47,906 nucleotides of DNA, from NCBI GenBank assembly GCA_017646325.1, contig JAGCMU010000038.1, forward strand, positions 1-47,906, in the 5' to 3' direction. Numbering within the stretch: position 1 is the stretch's first letter; every line of letters starts with the position of its first letter. The notes beneath the pieces were generated by a model. That model did no database searches and was not told where the DNA came from. It saw only the letters and a list, made by a program, of their open reading frames with translations. Positions 26,310 through 36,383 of the stretch are shown here, in pieces. A program made the position numbers and the translations under genes. Origin of the DNA: Kiritimatiellia bacterium. GTDB taxonomy: Bacteria > Verrucomicrobiota > Kiritimatiellia > RFP12 > UBA1067.

Positions 26310-28292
26310 ATGAAACAAGGTTGGCGTTGGTATGGCACGAATGATGCCATTTCATTGAAGGAGATCCGTCAAGCAGGTGTTACAGACGTAGTTGCAGCTC
26401 TTTATGAGCGCAAGTGTGGCGAAGTTTGGCCTGTAGAAGAAATCAAAGCCCGTCAAGCTGAGGTCAAGAAGGCCGGGATGGACTGGACGGTAGTAGAATC
26501 AGTTCCCGTACACGAATCAATTAAGCTTCGTAAAGGTCCTTATAAAAAGTTCATTGAAAACTACAAGCAGTCTTTGAAAAACCTGGCGGAATGCGGCATT
26601 AAAGTAATTTGCTACAATTTCATGCCCGTATTGGACTGGACGCGCTCAAACCTTGCAAAGGAACTTCCTGACGGTTCGACAGTTCTCCAATATGACGATG
26701 TCGAAGTTGCAATGTTTGATATTTATATGCTCAAGCGCGAAGGCGCGGCAAAGGACTACTCAAAGGAAGTTCAGGCAAAGGCAAAGAAAAAATTCTCTTC
26801 GCTTTCAGAAAAAGCAAAGCAGAAAGTTGCCGACTCCATTCTTCTCGGACTGCCTGGAACGGTAGACAATTTGACTATTCCTCAATTCCGTGACCTTCTC
26901 AAAACATACACAGGCATCACAGACCGCAAACTTCGCGACAATCTCTATAAATTCCTCAATGAGATTCGTCCTCTCTGCGATGAACTCGGAATTAAGATGG
27001 CAATCCATCCAGACGATCCGCCACGCCCAATCTTCGGTTTGCCGCGCGTTATGTCGACGGCGGCGGACTTCCGTGAAATGTGCGAAAAAGTTCCAAGCGA
27101 CAATATCGGCTTTACTTTCTGCACAGGCTCTCTCGGCGGAAATCCTGAATCTAACGAAGTTGAAATATTTGCCGAATTTGCAAAGCGCATCCACTTCGTA
27201 CACTTCCGCAATGTCGTATACACGGAAGGCCGCACCTTCCGCGAATCTGAATGCCACCTTTCAGGTAAAGTCGACCTCCCTCGCCTCATGCAGCTTCTCA
27301 TCAAGGAAGAAATCCGCCGCGGCGAAGGCATTGTTGTCCGTCCAGACCATGGGCGATATATGGAAATCGACAAATTCCGCGACTGCTATGCAGGTTACAG
27401 TTATGGCGGCCGCCTCGTAGGTCTTGCCGAATTGCGCGGTCTTGAATATGCTTTGCGCCACACGAACGACGTCGCAGGCAAGATTATCGTTTGCACGGGA
27501 GCTGCTGGGGTTCTTTGCTCGACGATGACGGAAGACCTTCTTGCGCATGGTGCAAAGGTTGCCGTTCTTGATTTGCGCGGCGACGTGGCAAAGGATTTCT
27601 GCGCAAAGCTCGCAGCAAAGGGACTTACTGAAACGATTGCGATTGAAGCGAACGTGCTTGACAAATCATCTCTTGAAAAGGCTCGCGATCAAATCCTCAA
27701 GAAGTGGGGACGCATTGACATCCTCATCAATGGAGCTGGCGGCAACCATCCGAAAGGAACTTGCCCTGCCGAACAAATGACGAAAGACACTCCTCTTGCA
27801 GACACGTTCTTCGGTCTTGATATGGAAGGTTTTACTTTCGTCAACAAGCTCAACTTCATCGGGACACTTCTCCCTTGCCAGGTATTTTGCAAGGTAATGT
27901 GCGACCAAGGCGGCGGCGCTGTCCTCAACTTCTGTTCGATGGCGGCATACCAGCCTCTCACAAAGGTCGCGGCGTATGGAGCGGCAAAGGCCTCTATCTT
28001 GAACTTCACGCAATTCCTCGCAACTCACCTTGCGCCGATGAACGTTCGCGTGAACGCTCTTGCACCAGGCTTCTTCATCACGAACCAAAACCGCTTCCTC
28101 ATGCTTGAAAAGGATGAAAAAACACTCACTCCTCGCGGCAACAAGGTTATCTCTAAAACGCCTATGCGCAAGTTCGGCGATCCAAGCGATCTCTTTGGTG
28201 CGGCGCGCTTCCTCCTTTCAGACGAAGCTTCGTTCATTACCGGCGTAACGCTTCCTGTCGACGGTGGATTCGTTTCTTATTCCGGTGTTTAA
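26310..28292 (+). CDS. uxuA: Fusion protein: mannonate dehydratase (UxuA) N-terminal ~390 aa plus short-chain dehydrogenase/reductase (UxuB-type D-mannonate oxidoreductase-like) C-terminal ~265 aa
   Basis: The N-terminus MKQGWRWYGTNDAISLKEIRQAGVTDVVAAL and ...RPDHGRYM...GRLVGLAELRGLEYAL are UxuA hallmarks. The frame continues directly into IIVCTGAAGVLCS (TGxxxGxxC/G), NGAG and YGAAKASI (YxxxK) without a stop. Confidence 0.85.
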   Translation: MKQGWRWYGTNDAISLKEIRQAGVTDVVAALYERKCGEVWPVEEIKARQAEVKKAGMDWTVVESVPVHESIKLRKGPYKKFIENYKQSLKNLAECGIKVICYNFMPVLDWTRSNLAKELPDGSTVLQYDDVEVAMFDIYMLKREGAAKDYSKEVQAKAKKKFSSLSEKAKQKVADSILLGLPGTVDNLTIPQFRDLLKTYTGITDRKLRDNLYKFLNEIRPLCDELGIKMAIHPDDPPRPIFGLPRVMSTAADFREMCEKVPSDNIGFTFCTGSLGGNPESNEVEIFAEFAKRIHFVHFRNVVYTEGRTFRESECHLSGKVDLPRLMQLLIKEEIRRGEGIVVRPDHGRYMEIDKFRDCYAGYSYGGRLVGLAELRGLEYALRHTNDVAGKIIVCTGAAGVLCSTMTEDLLAHGAKVAVLDLRGDVAKDFCAKLAAKGLTETIAIEANVLDKSSLEKARDQILKKWGRIDILINGAGGNHPKGTCPAEQMTKDTPLADTFFGLDMEGFTFVNKLNFIGTLLPCQVFCKVMCDQGGGAVLNFCSMAAYQPLTKVAAYGAAKASILNFTQFLATHLAPMNVRVNALAPGFFITNQNRFLMLEKDEKTLTPRGNKVISKTPMRKFGDPSDLFGAARFLLSDEASFITGVTLPVDGGFVSYSGV

Positions 28293-28831
28293 TGAAGTCG
28301 ATGAAAGACCAAATTAAACTATTCCTTGCGAGCGGGTTCTATTTGGGGTTAGCCCCGATAGTCCCCGGCTCGTTTGGAGCGCTCCCGGCGTTAGGGTGGT
28401 TTTGCGTACCTTATTGCGCCGGGTTTTCCCCTTTAACATCATGGCTTTGGTGTTTTTTAGGCGTTATATTTTTCTCGGCCGTTCATTACATCTTGACTCC
28501 TTGGGCTCAAAAGCGATGGAACGACCCAGATCCAAGCCATTTCGTTTTAGATGAGGTGGTCGGTGCTCTTTGTGTGCCGCTATTTTGCCTTCCTCTTCTT
28601 TCTTTCCCATATTCGAAAGAGGCTTTTTTTTCGGTGGCAGGCATTTCCCTTCCTTGGCCTCCCCTTTTGGGTTTTGTAATTTTCCGTATTCTTGACGCGA
28701 TAAAACTTCCAGGCGCGAGATACATCGATAAAAACATCCACAATGCGCACGGAGTTCTTTTTGATGATGTTGTAAGCGCTGCGTATTCAGCTGCAATCCT
28801 TTGGGGCGTAATGAAATACTTTCTCCCATGA
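28292..28831 (+). CDS. pgpA: Phosphatidylglycerophosphatase A
   Basis: Membrane protein with GSFGALPALG and FRILDAIKLPGARYIDKN...GVLFDDVVSAAYSA, the PgpA signature region. The start overlaps the upstream stop (TAATG). Confidence 0.8.
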   Translation: MKSMKDQIKLFLASGFYLGLAPIVPGSFGALPALGWFCVPYCAGFSPLTSWLWCFLGVIFFSAVHYILTPWAQKRWNDPDPSHFVLDEVVGALCVPLFCLPLLSFPYSKEAFFSVAGISLPWPPLLGFVIFRILDAIKLPGARYIDKNIHNAHGVLFDDVVSAAYSAAILWGVMKYFLP

Positions 28832-30459
28832 AAAAATCACTCTTAATCTTTTTATCGATTCTTGCCGCATCTTCCATTGCAACAACGTTTCGCCGCAGCC
28901 TTGAAAGAGTTGCGTCAATGGATCCGTTGCGCTCGACAAGCTTATGCGATGTAACTGCAATCGCCCTCGTCTACGAACCTCTTTTAAGTGTTGATTACTA
29001 TCACACTCCATACAAGCTGACCTCCGCGCTCTGCGATTTGCCGGTTATTTCCGACGATGGACTTACATATACCTTTAAAATCAAAAGCGATTCCTACTTC
29101 CATGCAAATGAATGCTTCAAAGACGGCAAAGGGAGAAAGGTCGTCGCAGACGATATCGTTTATTCGCTCAAACGCCTTGGCGACAAGAAAAACGCCTCGA
29201 GCGGGATGTGGATCATGAATTGCGTTACGAACGTTCACGCAATAGACGAAAGAACCGTTGAAATCAATTTATCAAAGCCCTCTCACATTTTTCCATGGCT
29301 GATGGCCCTCCCCTATACGGGTGTAACACCACGCGAGGCAGTTGAAAAGTATAAAGGTAGTTTCGGTTCGAATCCCGTCGGGTCAGGCCCGTACAAACTC
29401 ACTTCTTGGCGTCGCAACCACACGATGAATTTTTCCCGTAACGAAGATTGGCCGGGATGGAATAATGAACGCTCGTTTTCATTTGACAATACAACGGGGA
29501 AAAAATCGAGCGGCAAACTTTTTGAAAAGGTTACTTACTCAGTAATTGACGATGTAACGACGCAATGGCTCATGTTCCTTTCCGGAGAAATCGACTATCT
29601 TGCAACAGTCCCGCGCGACAACTGGGATGCCGTTATAGGCAAGGACGGAAAACTCCTTCCTTCTGTCGCAAAAAAAGGTATTGTTTTGCACGAAAACCCG
29701 ACGCTCACCGCTATGTATATCGGGATAAACATGGAAGACCCTCTATTGGGGAAAAACAAAAAACTTCGTCAGGCTTTGAATTGCGCGTTTGATTTCAACG
29801 CCTGGAACAAGTTTTTCAACAACCGCATTTCGCCTTTAGACAGCCCCCTTCCGGAGGGCGTCCCAGGCAAGGTGAACGGCGAATTCAAATATTCATACAA
29901 TCCCGAAAAAGCGAAACAGCTTCTGAAAGAAGCGGGATATGAAAACGGTATCGACCCAAAAACATCCCGAAGGCTGGTTATCCATGTCGCCGTAGGGCGC
30001 GCGACTCAAGACGCCCGTGAACAGATGGAGCTTTTTCAATCTTTTTACGACCGTATCGGCATAAACATCGAACCTGACTATATGACATGGGATGCGTATT
30101 TAAAGGCGATAAACGAAAAACGCGTATCTATGTTCTTGATTGGATGGGTAGGCGATTATCCCGACGCCGAAAATTTCCTCCAGCTTTTCTACTCGAAAAA
30201 CATATCGCCCGGATCAAATCATTCAAATTACTCAAACCCTGAATTTGACAGAATTTACAACAGGGCCATGGGTGAAAGAGATGAGAAAGCCCGTAACGTA
30301 TTATGGGCGCAAGCTCAGAGAATTATTTTAGAGGACTGCCCTTGGATTTTCTTGCACACTCCAAAAAACTGCAGTCTTATCCGTAAAAAAATCAACGGAT
30401 ATCAAGCGGGAGATTTTGTTTACGGAATGGAAAAACATCTTCGTTTATCAGACGATTAA
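28828..30459 (+). CDS. ABC-transporter family-5 (peptide/nickel-type) substrate-binding protein; no permease or ATPase genes adjacent
   Basis: I chose the start at the ATG at 28828 (MKKSLLIFLSILAASS), which forms an ATGA overlap with pgpA. The length and motifs (…VYSLKRL…, …GSGPYKL…, …GWVGDYPDAENFL…) are typical of SBP_bac_5. Confidence 0.8.
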   Translation: MKKSLLIFLSILAASSIATTFRRSLERVASMDPLRSTSLCDVTAIALVYEPLLSVDYYHTPYKLTSALCDLPVISDDGLTYTFKIKSDSYFHANECFKDGKGRKVVADDIVYSLKRLGDKKNASSGMWIMNCVTNVHAIDERTVEINLSKPSHIFPWLMALPYTGVTPREAVEKYKGSFGSNPVGSGPYKLTSWRRNHTMNFSRNEDWPGWNNERSFSFDNTTGKKSSGKLFEKVTYSVIDDVTTQWLMFLSGEIDYLATVPRDNWDAVIGKDGKLLPSVAKKGIVLHENPTLTAMYIGINMEDPLLGKNKKLRQALNCAFDFNAWNKFFNNRISPLDSPLPEGVPGKVNGEFKYSYNPEKAKQLLKEAGYENGIDPKTSRRLVIHVAVGRATQDAREQMELFQSFYDRIGINIEPDYMTWDAYLKAINEKRVSMFLIGWVGDYPDAENFLQLFYSKNISPGSNHSNYSNPEFDRIYNRAMGERDEKARNVLWAQAQRIILEDCPWIFLHTPKNCSLIRKKINGYQAGDFVYGMEKHLRLSDD

Positions 30460-30471
30460 AAAGGAGTTTAT

Positions 30472-31218
30472 ATGAATGCTCATGATATCGCAAAATGGAT
30501 AGACTCTACCCTCAATGTAAAAGCGTATTCAGACGTATCGAATAACGGCTTGCAAATCGAAAACTCCAATCAAAAAATTTCCCGAGTGGCATTCGGAGTT
30601 GACGGGAGCGTCAAATTTCTTGAAGAGGCGGCGAAAAAAGGCGCGCGATTGGCTGTTGTCCATCATGGCATTTCGTGGGGCGGCGGAATAAAAACAATTA
30701 CAGGCTCTTCGTACAATATCATAAATACGGCGATAAAAAACGATATCGCCCTCTATGCCGTCCATCTTCCTCTTGACGCGGATTCGACCCTTGGACACAA
30801 TTGGACGATTGCAAGAGAATTGGGGCTTGAAGACATTGCCCCTGCATTTTCTTACCATGGCGTTGTAATCGGTGCGACGGGAAATCTCAAAACCGGATTG
30901 ACCGCTCAACAATTCCTCGATATCGTTCGTGAGAAGATAAATCCGAAGGCATCGCATTACAACTTAAACCCAAATGCCATCGTGAAAAAAATCGGTATTT
31001 GTTCTGGCGGTGCCGGGGATTTCGCGGCAGATGCAAAGTCGATTGGATGCGATGTTTATTTGACGGGCGAGGCTGATTGGGGCAATGTGATCGATGCTGA
31101 AAACTCAAACGCGCCCATGATTACGGCGGGACACTTTGAAACGGAAGTTTTCGGACTTAGAGAACTTGCAAAAAAAATGCGGGCGGATTTAGGCGTAGAA
31201 ACACTTTGCATCTTCTAA
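30472..31218 (+). CDS. NIF3/YbgI-family dinuclear metal-centre protein (GTP cyclohydrolase 1 type 2 homologue)
   Basis: SNNGLQIENS…, VVHHGISWGG, LYAVHLPLD and GHFETEVFG match the NIF3 family layout. Confidence 0.75.
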   Translation: MNAHDIAKWIDSTLNVKAYSDVSNNGLQIENSNQKISRVAFGVDGSVKFLEEAAKKGARLAVVHHGISWGGGIKTITGSSYNIINTAIKNDIALYAVHLPLDADSTLGHNWTIARELGLEDIAPAFSYHGVVIGATGNLKTGLTAQQFLDIVREKINPKASHYNLNPNAIVKKIGICSGGAGDFAADAKSIGCDVYLTGEADWGNVIDAENSNAPMITAGHFETEVFGLRELAKKMRADLGVETLCIF

Positions 31219-31295
31219 CGATTTCAAATTATGTGGTTATACGACATTAAATATAGTATAATCGTATGAAAGAAAAATTGAAAGTTGGAGAAATC

Positions 31296-32591
31296 ATGAT
31301 TCGAATTACAGAATGGTCGACAAAAAAAAGAAACGCATACGTGACGCGTTTTCTTGAACGATCGGCATTTCCTGAAGAGGCGGAGAAGGCTGCAAGCAAT
31401 GTACTTGCGGACATTCGTGCACGCGGAGACATTGCTGTTGCCGAAGCCGTTGAAAAATTTGAAGGCGCAAAACTCGCCCCAAGAAATTTTCGTGTCACCG
31501 ACAAGGAGCTTGCCCTTGCCGAAGAGTCCGTTTCCCCTGCAATAAAGCGTGCGGTAAGAGATGCATATAAACGCGTAATGGCTTTTTCAAAGGCCTCCCT
31601 TCGCAAAGGCTGGTCCATGAAATCGCCACGAGGCGGCAAACTCGGGGAATTCTACTCTCCGATGGACCGCGTGGGCGTATACATCCCAGGCGGAACAGCG
31701 CCTCTTGCGTCAACATCCGTGATGACCGTCACTCTCGCGAAAGCGGCCGGCGTAAAAGAAATTGTAGCCTGCACACCTGCGGGGAAAACGGGAATAATAA
31801 ACCCTGTTCTCCTCTATGCTCTCAAATATGCAGGAGCTACTGAAATATATCGCGTCGGTGGCATTCAAGCAATCGGAATGATGGCATTCGGCACAAAAAC
31901 CGTTGCCAAGGTTCAAAAAATCGCAGGTCCCGGCAATGCTTTTGTGACTGCCGCAAAAAGACAAGTTTACGGGTATGTTGGAATCGATCAAGTTGCAGGT
32001 CCAAGCGAGATTGCCGTTTTGAGTGACGGCTCCGTGCCTGCAAAATGGGTCGCCGCCGACCTTCTTTCTCAAGCTGAACACGGTAGCGGATGGGAAAAGA
32101 GTTTGTTTGTTACGGACAAATATGAATTTGCGGAAGAGGTTCTTGAAGAACTTAAATCCCAGACAGAAACGCTTTCTCGCAAAGATTTGATAAAAAGAGT
32201 TTTTGACCGTGACGGTGTGCTTCTTGTAGTAACGAAAGACATCAAGGATGGTCTTGAACTCGTAAACCGTTTTGCTCCAGAACACTTTGAAATAATGTGT
32301 GAGGACTCCCTTTCGCTCATGAAAGGCGTCCGTTCTGCAGGAGCTGTTTTCGTTGGGCCATGGACTCCTGAATCGGCAGGCGATTTCGTGGCGGGGCCAA
32401 GCCACGTATTGCCGACTGGAGGCGCCGCGAACATGTTCAACGGTTTAACCCCGGACGATTTCCGCCGCCGCCACAGCTTCGTGGCGTTCACCCAAGGCGA
32501 TTTAAAGGAGACCGCCCCGACGATTGAAGCTTTTGCAAAGGTCGAAGGGCTTGATGCTCACGGAAGAGCCGCCACAATAAGATTTGAATAA
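31296..32591 (+). CDS. hisD: Histidinol dehydrogenase
   Basis: GGIQAIGMMAFGT, IAGPGNAFVTAAKRQVYGYVGIDQVAGPSEIAVL, QAEHG and PEHFEI. I moved the start to the ATG at 31296, after GGAGAA, because the track ATG at 31266 lies 4 nt after a TATAAT box. Confidence 0.9.
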   Translation: MIRITEWSTKKRNAYVTRFLERSAFPEEAEKAASNVLADIRARGDIAVAEAVEKFEGAKLAPRNFRVTDKELALAEESVSPAIKRAVRDAYKRVMAFSKASLRKGWSMKSPRGGKLGEFYSPMDRVGVYIPGGTAPLASTSVMTVTLAKAAGVKEIVACTPAGKTGIINPVLLYALKYAGATEIYRVGGIQAIGMMAFGTKTVAKVQKIAGPGNAFVTAAKRQVYGYVGIDQVAGPSEIAVLSDGSVPAKWVAADLLSQAEHGSGWEKSLFVTDKYEFAEEVLEELKSQTETLSRKDLIKRVFDRDGVLLVVTKDIKDGLELVNRFAPEHFEIMCEDSLSLMKGVRSAGAVFVGPWTPESAGDFVAGPSHVLPTGGAANMFNGLTPDDFRRRHSFVAFTQGDLKETAPTIEAFAKVEGLDAHGRAATIRFE

Positions 32592-32609
32592 AAAACGAAA
32601 GAAAAAACC

Positions 32610-33110
32610 ATGAAAAAAGTTGCAATAGAAACATCTTTAGGAACGATCTCTTTGGAGCTTGACGACGAAAAAGCTCCGATTACCGTCAAGAACTTCATCG
32701 ATTACGCAAAGGCCGCGCATTATGACGGCACTATCTTTCATCGCGTAATTGACGGTTTTATGATTCAAGGCGGCGGCTTTGACAAGAGCATGAATCAAAA
32801 AGGCACAAACGCTCCAATCAAGAACGAAGCTGCAAACGGACTTAAGAACCTTCGCGGCACGATTGCAATGGCACGTACGATGATTGTCGATTCCGCAACG
32901 AGCCAATTCTTCATCAACCTCGTTGACAACGATTTCCTTGATTATCGCGGTAATGATCCAAGCGCATTCGGATATGCCGTTTTTGGAAAGGTTGTTGACG
33001 GAATGGAAGTCGTTGACCGCATTGCAAAAGTAAAAACAGGCTTTTGGGGTGCTCATCAGAACGTTCCAGAAGAGGCAATCGTCATAAAGAAAGTACATGT
33101 CGGAGAATAA
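32610..33110 (+). CDS. Cyclophilin-type peptidyl-prolyl cis-trans isomerase
   Basis: [15 protein letters not shown] and SQFFINL motifs; 166 aa. Confidence 0.9.
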   Translation: MKKVAIETSLGTISLELDDEKAPITVKNFIDYAKAAHYDGTIFHRVIDGFMIQGGGFDKSMNQKGTNAPIKNEAANGLKNLRGTIAMARTMIVDSATSQFFINLVDNDFLDYRGNDPSAFGYAVFGKVVDGMEVVDRIAKVKTGFWGAHQNVPEEAIVIKKVHVGE

Positions 33111-35355
33111 CAACACTTCTCAAATAAATGGAACTGTCACTTCGATTCTATTTCGAAACGAAGAGACGGGGTTTTCCGTTTTGCGGATAGAATCGCAAAA
33201 CGGAAAATCATTTTTTGGAAAACAAAAAGAAGAAAACGTTGTTATCGGCTCGTGTGCGGCAGTATGGGTGGGCGAAGAATTGCAGGCGCAAGGCACATGG
33301 GTTGACGACCCCGTGAGAGGACGACAGTTTAAAGCTACATCGATAACATGCATAACGCCTCATTCCGTCGAGGGGATTCGAAGGTATCTTTCTTCGGGAA
33401 TCATAAAGGGAATCGGCCCGGTCCTTGCGGATAGAATCGTAAAAGCGTTTGGCGAAGATACGATAAACATTCTCGACAATTTTTCCGACCGCCTTTGCGA
33501 AGTGCCAAAACTCGGGCGAAAAAAAGTTGCACAAATCCGTGCGTCGTGGCGTGAGCAACGCCAAATGCGCGAGGTAATGATTTTTACACAGACGTACGGG
33601 ATTTCAGTTGCAAAAACGGCAAAAATTTTTCGCACGTACGGAAACGATTCAATTGCGATCATCAAGGCGGATCCATATAGGCTTTGCAGAGACATTTGGG
33701 GAATCGGTTTTTTAACGGCGGACAATATCGCAATGTCGGTGGGGCTTCCAAAAGACTCGCCTCTTCGTGCAAGAGCTGCAATTTTACACACGCTTCAAAC
33801 AGAAGCGGACGACGGCGGACATTGTTGGACATCTGAACCCGACCTCCTTTTGCACGCGCAGGAAAAGGTCGATATCCCGATTGAAATTTTATGCGAGGCT
33901 TTGAAGGCCGAAGTGGAGGAAAAGCGTGTAATCGTTGACGGGCCTAAAATAATAAAGGCGCAATCAACCGAAAATGCAGCCGACATTCTTGATTCGCAAA
34001 AACGCATATACCTCCGTGATATTTATTTCTGCGAAAGACAAGTTGCAAAAAAATTAAAAACGATTCTTTCCGAAACTCCGAATTTCAAGAAGATTGACGC
34101 AGTCAAAGCGATTGAATGGTGGGAAAAGAAAGCGGGTTTCACGCTCGCCCCTGCGCAGCTACGCGCGGTGACGATGGCGATCAACTCGAAGTTAAGCATC
34201 ATTACCGGCGGCCCTGGTGTAGGTAAAACGACGATCATCCGCGCGTTACTCGATATATTTTCCGCCCGCAAAGGTGACGCGAAAATAAATGTCGTGATGG
34301 CGGCGCCCACGGGACGGGCGGCAAAGAGGATGTCTGAATCTACAGGCGGCGAAGCTCAGACGATTCACCGTCTTTTAAAGTACAACCCTCAAACGAACGA
34401 TTTTACTTTCAATGAAGAAAATCCGCTTGACGGGGACGTTTTCATTTTTGACGAAATGTCCATGGTGGACATCCGTCTGATGCGCGACATATTAAATGCG
34501 CTCCCCCCGAAGGCAACTTTGATTATGGTCGGTGATACGGATCAGCTCCCAAGCGTGGGGCCGGGGAACGTTTTAGGCGATATGATTGCGTCTGAAAAAA
34601 TCCCGTGCACAAAACTTACAGAAATTTTCAGACAGGACTCGTCAGGGCTTATTGTGCGTAATGCCCACCACGTCAATGCAGGCGAAAGGCTTGAAACGGG
34701 AAACGGAAATTCGGACTTTTATTTTGTCACTTGCAACGATTCAGACAAAGCTCTCAAATCGGCAATCGAGTTGATGGTAAAACGCATCCCTTCGCACTTT
34801 AACTTAGATCCTTTGTCAGATGTCCAAATCTTAACTCCCATGCGAAAAAATACGCTCGGGGCTGAAAACCTGAATCGCATCATCCAAGAAACATTAAACA
34901 ACAATCCCGAAGCGATTGTTCGAGGCTCGATGACGTTTCGAAAGGGAGACAGGGTGATGCAGCTCCGCAACAATTACGACAAGGACGTGTACAACGGCGA
35001 CATCGGTTTTATCGAAAAAGTTTACACCGATTCCAGATCCTTAATCGTTCTTTTCGATGGACGGGCGGTGGAATACCAAAGCAGCGATCTTGACGAACTT
35101 ACGCTTTCGTATGCAACGACGATCCACAAATCGCAAGGAAGCGAATATCCCGCCGTCATAGTCATGGTGCACAATCAGCATTATATGATGCTCCAAAGAA
35201 ACCTTTTGTATACCGCCATCACGCGCGGAAAAAAACTCGTGATGGTAATCGGCTCACCGTGGGCGGTTACGAAAGCAATTGAAACAAATACCGTTAAGGA
35301 GCGGCGCACGGCTTTGTCGGAAAGGTTGAATGATGACAGTAAAGCACAGTCATAA
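33097..35355 (+). CDS. recD2: RecD2-type SF1 ATP-dependent DNA helicase
   Basis: GGPGVGKTT (Walker A), [10 protein letters not shown] (motif II), [29 protein letters not shown] and an N-terminal HhH-containing region, as in RecD2. Confidence 0.85.
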   Translation: MSENNNTSQINGTVTSILFRNEETGFSVLRIESQNGKSFFGKQKEENVVIGSCAAVWVGEELQAQGTWVDDPVRGRQFKATSITCITPHSVEGIRRYLSSGIIKGIGPVLADRIVKAFGEDTINILDNFSDRLCEVPKLGRKKVAQIRASWREQRQMREVMIFTQTYGISVAKTAKIFRTYGNDSIAIIKADPYRLCRDIWGIGFLTADNIAMSVGLPKDSPLRARAAILHTLQTEADDGGHCWTSEPDLLLHAQEKVDIPIEILCEALKAEVEEKRVIVDGPKIIKAQSTENAADILDSQKRIYLRDIYFCERQVAKKLKTILSETPNFKKIDAVKAIEWWEKKAGFTLAPAQLRAVTMAINSKLSIITGGPGVGKTTIIRALLDIFSARKGDAKINVVMAAPTGRAAKRMSESTGGEAQTIHRLLKYNPQTNDFTFNEENPLDGDVFIFDEMSMVDIRLMRDILNALPPKATLIMVGDTDQLPSVGPGNVLGDMIASEKIPCTKLTEIFRQDSSGLIVRNAHHVNAGERLETGNGNSDFYFVTCNDSDKALKSAIELMVKRIPSHFNLDPLSDVQILTPMRKNTLGAENLNRIIQETLNNNPEAIVRGSMTFRKGDRVMQLRNNYDKDVYNGDIGFIEKVYTDSRSLIVLFDGRAVEYQSSDLDELTLSYATTIHKSQGSEYPAVIVMVHNQHYMMLQRNLLYTAITRGKKLVMVIGSPWAVTKAIETNTVKERRTALSERLNDDSKAQS

Positions 35356-36256
35356 CCTTTACCTTGCTCCTTTAAGAGGCGTTACCATTCGCGCTTTCAG
35401 AGACGCCTTTTACGAACCGCTGCAAGAAGCCGGTTTTATCGGCGCATTCGCTCCCTTTATTCCGGCAAATCCAGGAATAAGGCCTAACGCATCGCTTTTA
35501 AAAGACCTTCTTCCACACAACGAAAACGACAAAAACTGGCAACTCGTCCCTCAAGTAATAAGCAAGGACGCCCCTTCCATGCGGGTTTTACTTCGCGCTT
35601 TTAAGGATGCGGGATTCTCTCGCGCCGACTTGAATGCAGGATGTCCATTTCCGATGATCCGCAAACGTTTGCGCGGCTCAGGGTTGATGAAAACGCCTGA
35701 CGTTTTAGAGGAGTTGATAAATGCCGGGTGCGAGGAAATGGGCGAAGGAAATTTTTCAGTAAAAGTCCGCCTCGGAATATCGTCAACAGACGAACTATGC
35801 TCTCTTATGCCGATTTTCAACAGATACCCTCTCGCTTGCCTCACCGTTCACGCGCGTACGGCTTTACAGATGTACGAAGGCGATGTACATTTTGACAAAT
35901 TTGAAGAAATACTCTCGCTTTCAAAAAACGAGGTTATGTATAATGGCGATGTACAGCTTGAAAAAGACACTTTTCGGACGTTTATTCCATCACACCCTGA
36001 GGCGATAGAAAAAATGAACATAAAATCGGTTATGATCGGGCGGAATTTTATAAGGTCGATCGGGGAGCGACATGACGCAAAGGACTTGCTAAAAAGATAT
36101 CTTGAACTTTCCATCGCCGAATTAAACGGCGACAATCCCGTCCTTGGCCGAATGAAAGAGCTTTTGACATATTGGCTTCACGTTCCAAAATGGAAACGCC
36201 TCTGGCCGGTCATTAAAATATCTCGGACAATAGAGGAATTCAAAACACTTATCTGA
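35330..36256 (+). CDS. tRNA-dihydrouridine synthase family protein
   Basis: LAPLRGVT…, the LNAGCPFPM (NxGCP) motif and HARTA. It overlaps the recD2 end by 26 nt. Confidence 0.7.
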   Translation: MMTVKHSHNLYLAPLRGVTIRAFRDAFYEPLQEAGFIGAFAPFIPANPGIRPNASLLKDLLPHNENDKNWQLVPQVISKDAPSMRVLLRAFKDAGFSRADLNAGCPFPMIRKRLRGSGLMKTPDVLEELINAGCEEMGEGNFSVKVRLGISSTDELCSLMPIFNRYPLACLTVHARTALQMYEGDVHFDKFEEILSLSKNEVMYNGDVQLEKDTFRTFIPSHPEAIEKMNIKSVMIGRNFIRSIGERHDAKDLLKRYLELSIAELNGDNPVLGRMKELLTYWLHVPKWKRLWPVIKISRTIEEFKTLI

Positions 36257-36257
36257 T

Positions 36258-36307
36258 GACGGCTAAAGCCGTCCTCTACGATATCGAGGAGGACGGCTTT
36301 AGCCGTC
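36258..36307 (+). terminator. Large perfect hairpin downstream of dus, probably a terminator or insulator
   Basis: 19-bp perfect arms GACGGCTAAAGCCGTCCTC (36258-36276) and GAGGACGGCTTTAGCCGTC (36289-36307). The loop contains CGATATCG. There is no clear U-tract. Confidence 0.45.
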
Positions 36308-36316
36308 GTAAAAATC

Positions 36317-36346
36317 TTGCTCGTAACAACGATTTTATGGTATAAT
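36317..36346 (+). promoter_or_regulatory. Sigma70-like promoter (TTGCTC-18-TGgTATAAT) for the oxidoreductase gene
   Basis: TTGCTC at 36317-36322 and TATAAT at 36341-36346, preceded by TGg. The SD AAGGAG lies upstream of the ATG at 36384. Confidence 0.45.
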
Positions 36347-36383
36347 CAATGTATTATAAAAAAATAAAATAAGGAGTAATCTA

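Noticed and set aside
31266-31295. Upstream ATG start for hisD
   Set aside because: The ATG lies 4 nt after a TATAAT box and has no SD. The downstream ATG at 31296 has GGAGAA and gives a typical HisD N-terminus.
33097-35355. RecD-like helicase as part of a defence system
   Set aside because: It has the canonical RecD2 layout and motifs. It is embedded among housekeeping genes (hisD, a PPIase, dus) with short overlaps and has no nuclease or sensor partner.
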